Positions 31,516 to 40,576 of a stretch of DNA of 64,000 bases are shown one piece after another. The position numbers and the translations under genes are program-made. This DNA is from an uncultured Gammaproteobacteria bacterium. GTDB taxonomy: Bacteria > Patescibacteriota > Patescibacteriia > XYB2-FULL-38-15. Location of the stretch: contig OZ246416.1 of NCBI GenBank assembly GCA_965231095.1, positions 343,277 through 407,276 on the forward strand. Direction: 5' to 3'. The notes under the pieces are model-generated. The model worked only from the letters and a program-made list of their open reading frames with translations, did not search any database and was not told the DNA's origin. The first letter of the stretch is position 1, and every line of letters starts with the position of its first letter.

Positions 31516-31516
31516 T

Positions 31517-32230
31517 TTAATTTTTTGCCGAAGCAACGAGATAGCTCGCGACAATCGCCGCAGTCTCGGCTCGTAAAGTTAATTTTCCCAAACTGACAAT
31601 CTGAAAATTTTTCTCTTGCGCCAATTTTATTTCTTCCTCATCCCAGCCGCCTTCCGGCCCAATCCAAACTCCCACTCTTTTTCCAAAATCGGCCGCCAAT
31701 TTTCTCTGCTCAAAACGCGACGCTTTCACCTCGAAAAATAAATTGGAATCATTTTTCCCGGCATGCGCCAGGGCATCCTTAAATTTTAAAATTTTTCCAA
31801 GCGCCGGCAAAACTCCTCGGCCGGACTGTTCCGCCGCCTCGCGGACAATTTTTTCCAATCTATCCATCCGTAAATTTATTTTTATAGTTTTCGCCGTTAT
31901 AACCGGAATAATTTCCGCCACCCCGGCCTCCACGGCTTTCTCCGCTACCAACTCAAAATTTTCTTTTTTCAAAATTGCCGCGTAAAGCACTGGCTTCATT
32001 TCCGGCTCGGAATCATTTGTTTCCACTTTTAAAATATTTATCCCCACGCTTTGTTTCCCAAAATCCATAATTTCCGCCAACGCTTCCCTTCCATGCCCGT
32101 CGCCCAAAATAATTTGCTCACCAGATTTCAGCCGCAAAACATTTTTTATTTGGTTATAAATTTCCTTATTGGCAATTCCCGTAATTTTTTTGTCAAAATC
32201 AAAGTGGCCGATGAACCTATGTGCTTTCAT
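31517..32230 (-). CDS. rsmE: 16S rRNA m3U1498 methyltransferase
   Basis: VLRLK, EKAVEAGV, EAAEQSGR, IGPEGG, LRAETAA. Confidence 0.93.
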   Translation of the reverse strand: MKAHRFIGHFDFDKKITGIANKEIYNQIKNVLRLKSGEQIILGDGHGREALAEIMDFGKQSVGINILKVETNDSEPEMKPVLYAAILKKENFELVAEKAVEAGVAEIIPVITAKTIKINLRMDRLEKIVREAAEQSGRGVLPALGKILKFKDALAHAGKNDSNLFFEVKASRFEQRKLAADFGKRVGVWIGPEGGWDEEEIKLAQEKNFQIVSLGKLTLRAETAAIVASYLVASAKN

Positions 32231-32248
32231 AAATATATTTTTACACAC

Positions 32249-32722
32249 TTATCTGTTAATAAGATTAAAAATCACAATTCCGAAGGCTACGGCAACATTT
32301 AACGATTCCTTTTTCCCGCGCATCTTAATTTCTAAAATTTTATCCGCTCGACGTAAAATTCCCGGCGGCAAACCATTTATTTCATTTCCGACCACGACGG
32401 CCGTTTTTGCCAAATCTTTTTTTGATAATTTTATTTTTTGATATGGAATCGAGCGGTCGGATTGTTCAATGGCGAAAATTTTATAATCTTCTTTTTTTAA
32501 TTTATCAATAATCGCCGCCGTCCGTCCAACTTTTTCCCATTTAGTCCAATTCTCCGCGCCCAGCGCCACTTTACTGATTTTCTCATTTGCCCGGCCAAAA
32601 CGATCTCGCGGCGCCGGAGTAATTCCGCATAAATAAATTTTTTTGCAACCGGCCGCGTCGGCTGTCCGAAAAATTGATCCAACATTATGCGTGCTTCTAA
32701 CATTGTGCAAAATAACTACCAT
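32249..32722 (-). CDS. TrmH/SpoU RNA methyltransferase
   Basis: NVGSIFRTAD, VGNEING, ESLNVAVA. Confidence 0.9.
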   Translation of the reverse strand: MVVILHNVRSTHNVGSIFRTADAAGCKKIYLCGITPAPRDRFGRANEKISKVALGAENWTKWEKVGRTAAIIDKLKKEDYKIFAIEQSDRSIPYQKIKLSKKDLAKTAVVVGNEINGLPPGILRRADKILEIKMRGKKESLNVAVAFGIVIFNLINR

Positions 32723-32723
32723 A

Positions 32724-33725
32724 TTACTTCCCGCCGGCTAGCTGCCCGCAAGCGCCTTTTACTCCTCGGCCGAAACGATAGCGTTCGGTCGTAAAAATCC
32801 CAGCTCGAACCAGAATTTCCTTAAATTTAATAACGTCTTCTTTTTTTGACGGCAGAAAATCTCCCGTTGGATTATACAAAATTAAATTTACGAAAATCAG
32901 CTGGCGCGGAAGCTGGCCCAAAAGCGCCGCCAACTCGCGCGCGTGCTCCGGCCGATCATTAAAATTTTTAATCATTAAATACTCAAACATTACCTTGCGA
33001 CTGGTCGCCTCCAAATACTCGCCGACCGCCGCCATAATTTTTTTAATATTATATTTTTTTCCGACCGGCATAATTTCGCCACGTAATTTATCATTTGGCG
33101 CATGGAGCGAAATAGCCAAATTAACTTGCATTGATTCTTTGGTGAATTTTCTTATTCCTTCCACAATGCCGGCGGTAGAAATGGAAATGTGCCTGGCGCC
33201 GAGACCTAAACCTTTCTGATCATTTATAATTTTTATGGCCGCCAAAACATTTTCATAATTTAAAAATGGTTCGCCCATTCCCATAAAAACCACGTTATCA
33301 ACTTTTTGTTTTTCTTTTTTCAGTAATCTCGCTGAACACAAAACCTGTTCAACAATTTCGCCGACGGAAAGATTTCTTTTAAAACCCATTTTACCAGTAG
33401 CGCAAAAAGCACAAGCTAGGGGGCATCCGACTTCAGAGGAAACGCAAACCGTGTTTCGTCCTTCATGACGCATTAAAACCGATTCAATTTTTTCCCCGTC
33501 GGCAAGAGTAATTAAAAATTTAATTGTTGCGCCGTCGCTTGAAATAAATTTTTTAAAATCAATTTCAAGCGGAACTTCTTGATTTAATTTTTCCCGAAGC
33601 GCGGAGGGCAAATTACTCGCCTCCTCCCAATTCTCAATCAACTTGGAAAAAACCGCCTCCCGCGCCTGTTTTGTGCGATAAGCCGGTTCATCCGCAAGAA
33701 TTTTTTCTAATTTTTCTAAATTCAT
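32724..33725 (-). CDS. rlmN: 23S rRNA/tRNA m2A methyltransferase (radical SAM)
   Basis: CVSSEVGCPLACAFCATG, MGMGEP, SLHA, ACGQL. Confidence 0.95.
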   Translation of the reverse strand: MNLEKLEKILADEPAYRTKQAREAVFSKLIENWEEASNLPSALREKLNQEVPLEIDFKKFISSDGATIKFLITLADGEKIESVLMRHEGRNTVCVSSEVGCPLACAFCATGKMGFKRNLSVGEIVEQVLCSARLLKKEKQKVDNVVFMGMGEPFLNYENVLAAIKIINDQKGLGLGARHISISTAGIVEGIRKFTKESMQVNLAISLHAPNDKLRGEIMPVGKKYNIKKIMAAVGEYLEATSRKVMFEYLMIKNFNDRPEHARELAALLGQLPRQLIFVNLILYNPTGDFLPSKKEDVIKFKEILVRAGIFTTERYRFGRGVKGACGQLAGGK

Positions 33726-34363
33726 AATTTAATAGTATTTTTTTTCTTAAACTGTCCGACTCTTGTCCGTTCGAGCGCTGCCAAATATCCGCCCACTTTT
33801 AATTTTTTTCCCAAATCGCGCGCCAGCGAGCGAACATAAAATCCCGAACCGGAAATAATTTTTATTTTTAAGAATGGCCATTTATATTTTATTATTTTTA
33901 TATTTTTCACTTCTACCCGGCGTTTTTTTAATTTTGGAATTTCTCCGCGTCGCGCCAATTTATACGCCCGCTCACCTTTTATTTTTATCGCGCTGAAATT
34001 CGGCGGCAATTGCATTATTTTTCCGTGGAATTTTTTCAAAACTTTTTCTATGTCCGCGCGCGTTGGTTTTTTTATAAACTCCACAGCTACTTTTTCTCCT
34101 CCTTCGTCGTCAGTCGTGCTCTCCGCGCCGAATCGCACCGTCGCCACATATTCTTTTTCTGATTCCACGACTTCATGCAGTTTCCTCGTCGCCTCCCGCC
34201 CGATGCCAACAACCAAAACTCCGCTAGCCAACGGGTCGAGCGTTCCGGCGTGGCCGATTTTTTTGATGCCGGTGATTTTCCGCAATTTATGAATTATATC
34301 AAAAGAAGTCGGCCCTTTTGGCTTCCAAACCGCGACAATTCCTTTTTTTATTTTATTTTCCAT
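33722..34363 (-). CDS. truB: tRNA pseudouridine(55) synthase
   Basis: GHAGTLDPLASG, PPNFSAIK, GFYVRSLARD. Confidence 0.95.
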   Translation of the reverse strand: MENKIKKGIVAVWKPKGPTSFDIIHKLRKITGIKKIGHAGTLDPLASGVLVVGIGREATRKLHEVVESEKEYVATVRFGAESTTDDEGGEKVAVEFIKKPTRADIEKVLKKFHGKIMQLPPNFSAIKIKGERAYKLARRGEIPKLKKRRVEVKNIKIIKYKWPFLKIKIISGSGFYVRSLARDLGKKLKVGGYLAALERTRVGQFKKKNTIKL

Positions 34364-34365
34364 TT

Positions 34366-34935
34366 TTATGGCTGCAAAATATCTTCAGTCCGGCCATTGA
34401 TGGAAATTATTACATCCGTCACAGTTGGAAATTGCTTTAAAGTTTCTCTGATTTGCGAAGCAATCGCCGCCACCCGGCATGACCCACCTACTTGAAATTC
34501 CAATTGCTCATCAAAATCAACATTAGCAACCCCGTTTGCGACAACCAAGCTTTGAATTTTTACTCCCGGGTTAATGCTCGTAAAATATCCTTCCTCTTTT
34601 TCCTCGTCAGTCGGTCCGGCAAGCAACTGCTCTAATGCCGCTCGCGCCACGGCTACCGTTTTTGGAATTACCCTTTCCACCGCAAAATTTTTACTGCAAT
34701 CCAAAACTTCCGGATCAAAAATACTGTTGCCAAAAAATACTTTCACGGTCATCGTCTCTTCCCCATTTTCCTCGCCACATGATTCGGTCGGCTGCGATGC
34801 GCCCGGATTTCCATGTTTTACCCATTCTCCATTTTGGCAAATCCAATTATCTTCCCCGCTCCAAAATCTCAAACCTAAAATTATTGCCGCGACGACGACC
34901 ACAACCGCCAAAATAATTAAAATTGTTTTTTTCAT
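34366..34935 (-). CDS. GerMN domain membrane protein
   Basis: EDNWICQNGEWVKHGNP; ALEQLLAGPT; QIRETLKQFPTV. Confidence 0.85.
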   Translation of the reverse strand: MKKTILIILAVVVVVAAIILGLRFWSGEDNWICQNGEWVKHGNPGASQPTESCGEENGEETMTVKVFFGNSIFDPEVLDCSKNFAVERVIPKTVAVARAALEQLLAGPTDEEKEEGYFTSINPGVKIQSLVVANGVANVDFDEQLEFQVGGSCRVAAIASQIRETLKQFPTVTDVIISINGRTEDILQP

Positions 34936-34981
34936 AAGTTAGCTTGTAAAATTTGTAAAGTTAATTGTTAACGGTCAACTG

Positions 34982-35674
34982 TTAACTGTTAATTTTATAC
35001 ACCACATCTTTTCTCTCCACCACAATCTCCCATCCCGCTCGCCGCGCCGCGTCATATAATCTTTTATTTGGATTAAAACAAATCGGCCGGTCCACCATTT
35101 TCAAAAATCTAATATCACTATCCGTATCGCCAACACCCACCGATCCGCGCAAAGTCAAATTTTCTTTTTCCACCGCTCGCGCCAAAACTTTTGCTTTATC
35201 GGAAATCAAATCAAGATAAAGCATCTCACTCGTAAATTTTCCCCGAGCGTCCACTTTATAAATCCGGCCATAAACCTTGTCAAACCCGAGCCCCTTGCAA
35301 AATCCTTGCACAATTTCCCGCGGCGAGTGCGATATGGCGAGCAAAAAATATTTTTTCTTTTTTAAATCGCGAACCAAATCTCTGGTAAAACGATAAACGC
35401 GGTTATGATGAAAAGCGATTACTTTTCGCGCCACTTCTAAAAAATCCGCGCGGCGCACACCTTTGATATTTTTATTGTAAGCCAAAACCACTGCGTTGAT
35501 ATATTTTTCATAAATATCGCGGCGATCCAACCATTTTTTGTAAGCCCCGGCGTATGTTTTTCTTAAATTTGCCGGAAACAAACCTTCGGAAATCATCGCC
35601 TCAACCAATTCAATTAGTAAGCTTGATCTAAAAATTGTCCCGTCAATATCAAATATCGCGACTTTCTTTTTCAT
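34982..35674 (-). CDS. HAD-IB family hydrolase
   Basis: FDIDGT, GDTDSD, FNP; start moved to MKKKVA. Confidence 0.88.
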   Translation of the reverse strand: MKKKVAIFDIDGTIFRSSLLIELVEAMISEGLFPANLRKTYAGAYKKWLDRRDIYEKYINAVVLAYNKNIKGVRRADFLEVARKVIAFHHNRVYRFTRDLVRDLKKKKYFLLAISHSPREIVQGFCKGLGFDKVYGRIYKVDARGKFTSEMLYLDLISDKAKVLARAVEKENLTLRGSVGVGDTDSDIRFLKMVDRPICFNPNKRLYDAARRAGWEIVVERKDVVYKINS

Positions 35675-36347
35675 ATTTGAATGGGTTAAAATTTGTTTTG
35701 TAGTCATAAAAATCTTCCGACTCCGCCCGCTTCAGCCATTTTACAATTTTATAAGTCGCCGGAGTAAATAAAACTTCCACGCCGGTTTTAAATAAATAAT
35801 TTGAAATAATTAAAGTTAAAAGCAAACTGCTGGGCAAAACTCCCCAAAAAGCAATCAAGATAAAAAGTGTCGTATCAATTCCTTCGCCAATCAAAGTTGA
35901 ACCAATCGTCCGCGCCCAAAGTTTCTTCCCCTTCATCCAAATTTTCATCTTTGCCAAAATAAATGAATTGGAAAATCCTCCGGCAAAATACGCAATCAAA
36001 CTCGCGGCCACAATCCGCGGCGTGAGCCCCAAAATTTTATCATAAGCATCTTGGTTTTCCCAGCCCGCCGCCGCCGGAAGTTTGCCGACAATAATAAAAA
36101 CCACGGACATCAAAAGCGCCGCGCCAAATCCAAGCCAGATAACTTTTCGGGAACGCCGGTAGCCATAAACTTCAGTCAAAATATCTCCAAAAATATAGCT
36201 CAAGGGAAAAAGCAATGTCCCGCCGTCAAAAGTAAAAAATCCAAAATCCAAAATTTTTGTGGAGGCAATATTGGAAATTAAAAGCACGGCCACAAAAAAC
36301 GCGGTGATAACATCAAGATATTTAAAATTTTTGCGGCCTTCTTCCAT
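35649..36347 (-). CDS. Queuosine precursor transporter (YhhQ/DUF165)
   Basis: ISNIASTK, FPLSYIFGDILTEVYGY, RIVAASLIAY. Confidence 0.9.
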   Translation of the reverse strand: MEEGRKNFKYLDVITAFFVAVLLISNIASTKILDFGFFTFDGGTLLFPLSYIFGDILTEVYGYRRSRKVIWLGFGAALLMSVVFIIVGKLPAAAGWENQDAYDKILGLTPRIVAASLIAYFAGGFSNSFILAKMKIWMKGKKLWARTIGSTLIGEGIDTTLFILIAFWGVLPSSLLLTLIISNYLFKTGVEVLFTPATYKIVKWLKRAESEDFYDYKTNFNPFKYEKESRDI

Positions 36348-36350
36348 AAT

Positions 36351-37115
36351 TTAAAAATTTTCCTTTTCCACGCCGCGCGCCGCCCGACGATAATTGCAAT
36401 AATCGCAATCAGCCGCCGCCTCGGGAATTTTCTCCGCGGTAAGACATTTATGCGCGTCAACAATTGCCTGCTCAACCCATGAATCGTCTCCGGTGTAGCC
36501 AATTAATTTAACATCAAACTCCAACTTACCATCAAAGGCCTCTTTGTCGGTGTCGCCGTTGCAATAAACAAAATATCCCGTATCAGAAACTTTAAATTCG
36601 TTTTTACGAAATAACCATTGATAGATTTCCATTTGGCGCTTGTATCCAATTTGCCAATCAGCGTCAAGGCTCACCTCCCCGTTTTTGGACGTTGCTTTAT
36701 AATCCACAATAATTAACTTGCCGTTTGGATCCACCCAAACATCATCTACTCCGCCGGTGATAAGCAGATTTGTTTTTTTATGCAAAAATTGGATTCCGCG
36801 GCGAAGCGAGTCGCGCCACTCTTCCATTTTTTCATGCTTGAACGGGACAGCATCAACATTATATTTTTCCATCAAGGGGTGCGCGGTTTTTGCCGTACGG
36901 TGAATATCAAATTCTTTTTTTAAAAGAGCATCCACCGCCGAATTTAAACTAAAAGGAAATCCCGGAGGACGCCCGATACCCAAACGACGATCCAGATAAA
37001 AACACCTTTGACAATTCAAAAATAAATCAATCTTTGAACGGCTGACCCTGAACGGTTCGTTTGATTTTGGATCAAAGATATTTCGTGTCCGTGTTGCCCT
37101 GTAATATTCTGACAT
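36351..37115 (-). CDS. PD-(D/E)XK nuclease (Cas4/AddB-like, with Fe-S Cys)
   Basis: CQRCFY, GGVDD, IVDYK, QMEIY, CDYC; start moved to MSEYY. Confidence 0.8.
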   Translation of the reverse strand: MSEYYRATRTRNIFDPKSNEPFRVSRSKIDLFLNCQRCFYLDRRLGIGRPPGFPFSLNSAVDALLKKEFDIHRTAKTAHPLMEKYNVDAVPFKHEKMEEWRDSLRRGIQFLHKKTNLLITGGVDDVWVDPNGKLIIVDYKATSKNGEVSLDADWQIGYKRQMEIYQWLFRKNEFKVSDTGYFVYCNGDTDKEAFDGKLEFDVKLIGYTGDDSWVEQAIVDAHKCLTAEKIPEAAADCDYCNYRRAARGVEKENF

Positions 37116-37125
37116 ATATCCATAT

Positions 37126-37181
37126 ATTATCTGCACTCGCTCGGAAATGAATAAATTCATTTCTCTCACTCGCTTGATAAT
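37126..37181. repeat. Hairpin element GCTCGGAAA-stem-TTTCTCTCAC, copy 1
   Basis: attatc...gataat outer stem; inner gaaatgaat/attcatttc; same frame as the element at 61657. Confidence 0.55.
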
Positions 37182-37309
37182 AAAAAATTGTTTAAATTTT
37201 AATAAATCCGAGTTACTTAAATTTACCACAAAAGGCATTAATAATAAAGGGCAAAAAATTTAATAAAATTGACAAAAATTTTCTCTACCGATAAGATGCT
37301 TACAGTTCC

Positions 37310-37768
37310 GTGTGGGGAGGAAAAGGAGCAAGGAAATTGGAGGAACTTCTGACGCCCGTTCTTGGCATCTTGGGGCAACATCAGGGTCTGGGTGCAAAAC
37401 TATTCTGCTTCGTGGAAAAATTCGGCGGAGGTGAAGCTCACTGTGTAGGATCGCTGAATGTGGGTCACGTCCAATGGTATGGCACCAACGGCTTTGCTCT
37501 TCTTCTTTGCGGTTCCCCCGATGGCGCCTCACCGAGTCCGCCACGGCCAATCTCAACATGCGAAATGGGGCCGAAGCAATTTCACAGTGTCTTCCATGGC
37601 TCGACCCTGGCCGTAGCAGAGACTTTCCATGACGGCGATCGTGAGTACGTTGTAGTCTGCAACGAAACTCGGGGCCATCTGGCTCGTCAACGCACGCTCT
37701 TCTTGGCCCTACTCCGCGAGGTTGTGGAGAAGCTAGCGCGCGAAGCGGCAGAAAAAACAGAAGAATAA
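37310..37768 (+). CDS. Orphan hypothetical protein with atypical composition
   Basis: Promoter TTGACA-17-TAAGAT (37269-37297), SD-rich leader (start may be TTG at 37337), terminator at 37786-37818. Confidence 0.6.
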   Translation: MWGGKGARKLEELLTPVLGILGQHQGLGAKLFCFVEKFGGGEAHCVGSLNVGHVQWYGTNGFALLLCGSPDGASPSPPRPISTCEMGPKQFHSVFHGSTLAVAETFHDGDREYVVVCNETRGHLARQRTLFLALLREVVEKLAREAAEKTEE

Positions 37769-37901
37769 CAAGGAGGAACGTAACTTCCCGCCGGGACACA
37801 ACCGGCGGGAGTTTTTTTATACAAAAATTATTCTGATCAGCTGCTCACTTGTCTTGAATTTATATTTTTGATAGAGTAAATAAAAGTTTTGTACTCACCT
37901 T

Positions 37902-37972
37902 TCGGGGATCGTCTAGCGGTAGGACGCCAGGTTCTGGCCCTGGTAACCTTGGTTCGAATCCAAGTCCCCGAG
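37902..37972 (+). tRNA. tRNA-Gln(CTG), CCA not encoded
   Basis: Cloverleaf TCGGGGA/TCCCCGA; anticodon arm CCAGG-TTCTGGC-CCTGG; T-loop TTCGAAT. Confidence 0.93.
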
Positions 37973-37982
37973 AAGTGGGCGC

Positions 37983-38013
37983 AAAAAAACGGGAAATAGC
38001 TCCCGTTTTTTAT
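37983..38013. terminator. Bidirectional terminator between tRNA-Gln and dnaX
   Basis: aaaaaaacggga-aatagc-tcccgttttttt. Confidence 0.7.
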
Positions 38014-38030
38014 TTTTAAATTTTTAACTT

Positions 38031-39614
38031 CTACCCCACCACCGTTCCGCCAAATTCTTCCAAAACTCTCCCCACTTCAAGCGGCGGCGGGCCGGGTGGC
38101 TCGGGCAAATCGGCAACAACTCCACTCACCCTGACATCGCCTCCGGTCACTTCCTTAATCATATTTCTTAAAACCAAATTATTCTTGCTTTCATTAATTC
38201 TCTCTTTGTGAAAACGATATTTGAATCCAATCTGCAACGTTCCGTTTTCAATAACCATCGGCTGGCCGACACGCAAAATGAAAACCAACGCCGGACTTCG
38301 ATCTGCCGCCAAACGCAAAATATCAAACCATTTTTCCTTCACTTGTTCTAAAGTTAAATTAGTCGCAAGCAACGCCGCGTCTACCAAAGGCTCTTCTTTT
38401 TTTTCTACACTTTCTTTCCCTGGCAAGGGTTTTATTTTTGGCCGCTCTTCCATCATCTTTGGCGCGGGTGGAATTTTGGGTAGAGAAACCGTCGGCAATG
38501 CGGCAGCCGCGGAAAATCCTCCGACAATTTCCACCACTGCCATTTCAAGGGGCAGCTGGGCAATATCGGAAAATTTCAATTCTTGTTTTTTCTCAATGAA
38601 AAGTTCAAGCCAATCAATCAATTTGTGCGATTCAATATCTTTGGCAAGCTGAATAATTTTTTTTTCTGAATCCGAATCAAGATCAAAAGCAAACTCCGCC
38701 AAACTTCCACTCACTCCGGCAAGCAAAATTTTTCGTAAAAATTCCACGAGATCGGCGGTAAACTGTGACAAATCAATCCCCTCTTCCACGAGTTTATTTA
38801 CAAGCCGCAAAGCTTTTTCCGCGTCACGCGTCGCCAAAAATCCGACAAAATCGCCAACTAAATTAAAATCAGATTTGGGAATTACGAGCTCCGCCTGCTC
38901 GCGGCTGATTTTATTTTTCGCGTCGCGAAGAGCCAAAACTTGCCCGAGCAAACTTTCCGCGTCGCGCACGCATCCTTCCGACGACCGCGCAATGCTTTCC
39001 AAAATATTTTCATCAACTTCCACTCGTTCCATGCTCAAAACATATTTCAAGCGCTCCACGACTTCGCGGCGGGAAATTTTTTTAAAATCAAATCTTTGAC
39101 AGCGAGAAATAATTGTCGCCGGAACTTTATGAATTTCGGTCGTGGCCATAATAAAAATCACGCGGGGCGGCGGTTCTTCAATCGTTTTCAAAAGTGCGTT
39201 AAAGGCTGAAGTGGAAAGCATATGCACTTCATCAATGATGAAAACTTTGTATTTCCGTCGGCTCGGAGAAAATTTTGCGTTCGCCACGATATTGTCGCGG
39301 ACATTATCAACTCCGGTGTGGCTCGCGGCGTCAATTTCCACGATATCTAAATCTCGGCCAGAAGTAATCTCCTCGCACGAACTGCATTTATTGCACGGCT
39401 CGGATTCGGACGCTTTGCGATTTTCGCAATTCACGGCCTTAGCCAAAAGACGCGCGGCGGTAGTTTTACCAATTCCCCGCGGTCCGCAAAATAAATAAGC
39501 GTGGGCGACTTTGTCAGTTTCAATTTCATTCTGGATAGCAATCTTAATATGATTCTGGTTTGTCATTTCGCTCCACTTCTGCGGCCGATATTTTCTATAT
39601 AATGTTGTGGACAT
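38031..39614 (-). CDS. dnaX: DNA polymerase III gamma/tau
   Basis: LYRKYRPQ, GPRGIGKTT, EIDAAS, IIDEVHML, SRCQRF. Confidence 0.97.
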   Translation of the reverse strand: MSTTLYRKYRPQKWSEMTNQNHIKIAIQNEIETDKVAHAYLFCGPRGIGKTTAARLLAKAVNCENRKASESEPCNKCSSCEEITSGRDLDIVEIDAASHTGVDNVRDNIVANAKFSPSRRKYKVFIIDEVHMLSTSAFNALLKTIEEPPPRVIFIMATTEIHKVPATIISRCQRFDFKKISRREVVERLKYVLSMERVEVDENILESIARSSEGCVRDAESLLGQVLALRDAKNKISREQAELVIPKSDFNLVGDFVGFLATRDAEKALRLVNKLVEEGIDLSQFTADLVEFLRKILLAGVSGSLAEFAFDLDSDSEKKIIQLAKDIESHKLIDWLELFIEKKQELKFSDIAQLPLEMAVVEIVGGFSAAAALPTVSLPKIPPAPKMMEERPKIKPLPGKESVEKKEEPLVDAALLATNLTLEQVKEKWFDILRLAADRSPALVFILRVGQPMVIENGTLQIGFKYRFHKERINESKNNLVLRNMIKEVTGGDVRVSGVVADLPEPPGPPPLEVGRVLEEFGGTVVG

Positions 39615-39728
39615 AAAAATATTATTACTTGCCCTATCTTATATCATTTTTCTGATTTTGGCAAATGAAGATAGATTTCAAAAGGCTGCTCTCAAGGAAC
39701 AGCCTTATAATTATTTATTTTTTAAAAT

Positions 39729-40529
39729 CTACTCCACTATTCTCTTAATCACATTCTCCACCGCCGCCCATTTTGACGGCGTATTTTTCGGGATCAAGAC
39801 AACCGCTTCGTCGCCGGGCTCGCCTTTAAAAAACGTCACCGGCGCGGTCAAAACTTTCCACTTTTTCCCGCCCGCCCCAACCGTCCAGCCGCCCGATTCA
39901 GATTCTTCGAGCGTTCCCACAATTCTATTCCGCTCAATCGGCCCGATTTGTTTAAAAAGGAAATTTCCGCGGGCGTTGATGGTTAATTTTAAAATATCAC
40001 CTTCCACCAATTTTGATTTTGAAGCATAATTAGCCGGCACTAAATATTCTTTTCCGTCGGCGCCAATCATATTTTGGCCGTTAAAAACTCCTTCCATAAT
40101 TCTCTCGCCCGATTCGCCATAAGCCACGTCCGGCTGGGAAACGGTTTTCAATCCGCTAAACATCGGCGAAACAGAGGGTGCAACGGCCGCCATATCCGAT
40201 TCAAGAAAACTTTGTTTAACTTTTTCTTCATATTTCGGCGCGTCCTCGCCCAAAAGACAGTTTATCCGCCGTAAATTATTTTGCGTTTCCTGAACAATTT
40301 TTTTGATCAATTCTATTTTTTCAAAATTGAAAGAAATTTCCAAATCTTTAAGTTCGGTTTTGGCCGGCGCGTCATAAATTTTTGGCACAACGTCAAGCGG
40401 AACGGACTCGGCGGGCATGGCCATTGGCTCCGCGACCTCCATTGCTTCTTGCCCCAACTCCTCCCGATTTTCCCCCAAACCGTCAATATTCCCGAAAAGA
40501 TCGTTTTGATTTTGATTTTGTTCGTCCAT
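39729..40529 (-). CDS. Conserved CPR hypothetical protein
   Basis: C-terminal EGVFNGQNMIGADGKEYLVPANYASKSKLVEGD...WAAVENVI domain; acidic N-terminus. Confidence 0.65.
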   Translation of the reverse strand: MDEQNQNQNDLFGNIDGLGENREELGQEAMEVAEPMAMPAESVPLDVVPKIYDAPAKTELKDLEISFNFEKIELIKKIVQETQNNLRRINCLLGEDAPKYEEKVKQSFLESDMAAVAPSVSPMFSGLKTVSQPDVAYGESGERIMEGVFNGQNMIGADGKEYLVPANYASKSKLVEGDILKLTINARGNFLFKQIGPIERNRIVGTLEESESGGWTVGAGGKKWKVLTAPVTFFKGEPGDEAVVLIPKNTPSKWAAVENVIKRIVE

Positions 40530-40576
40530 AGAAATTTTTAATTTTAAATTGTAATTTTTTATTTTTTATTTTTAAT

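Noticed and set aside
36351-37115. CRISPR-Cas locus suggested by the Cas4-like nuclease
   Set aside because: No repeat-spacer array or other cas genes anywhere in the window.
38396-38405. dnaX programmed frameshift at an A8 run near codon 405
   Set aside because: A-runs are ubiquitous in this genome, and I saw no convincing stimulatory hairpin or internal SD.
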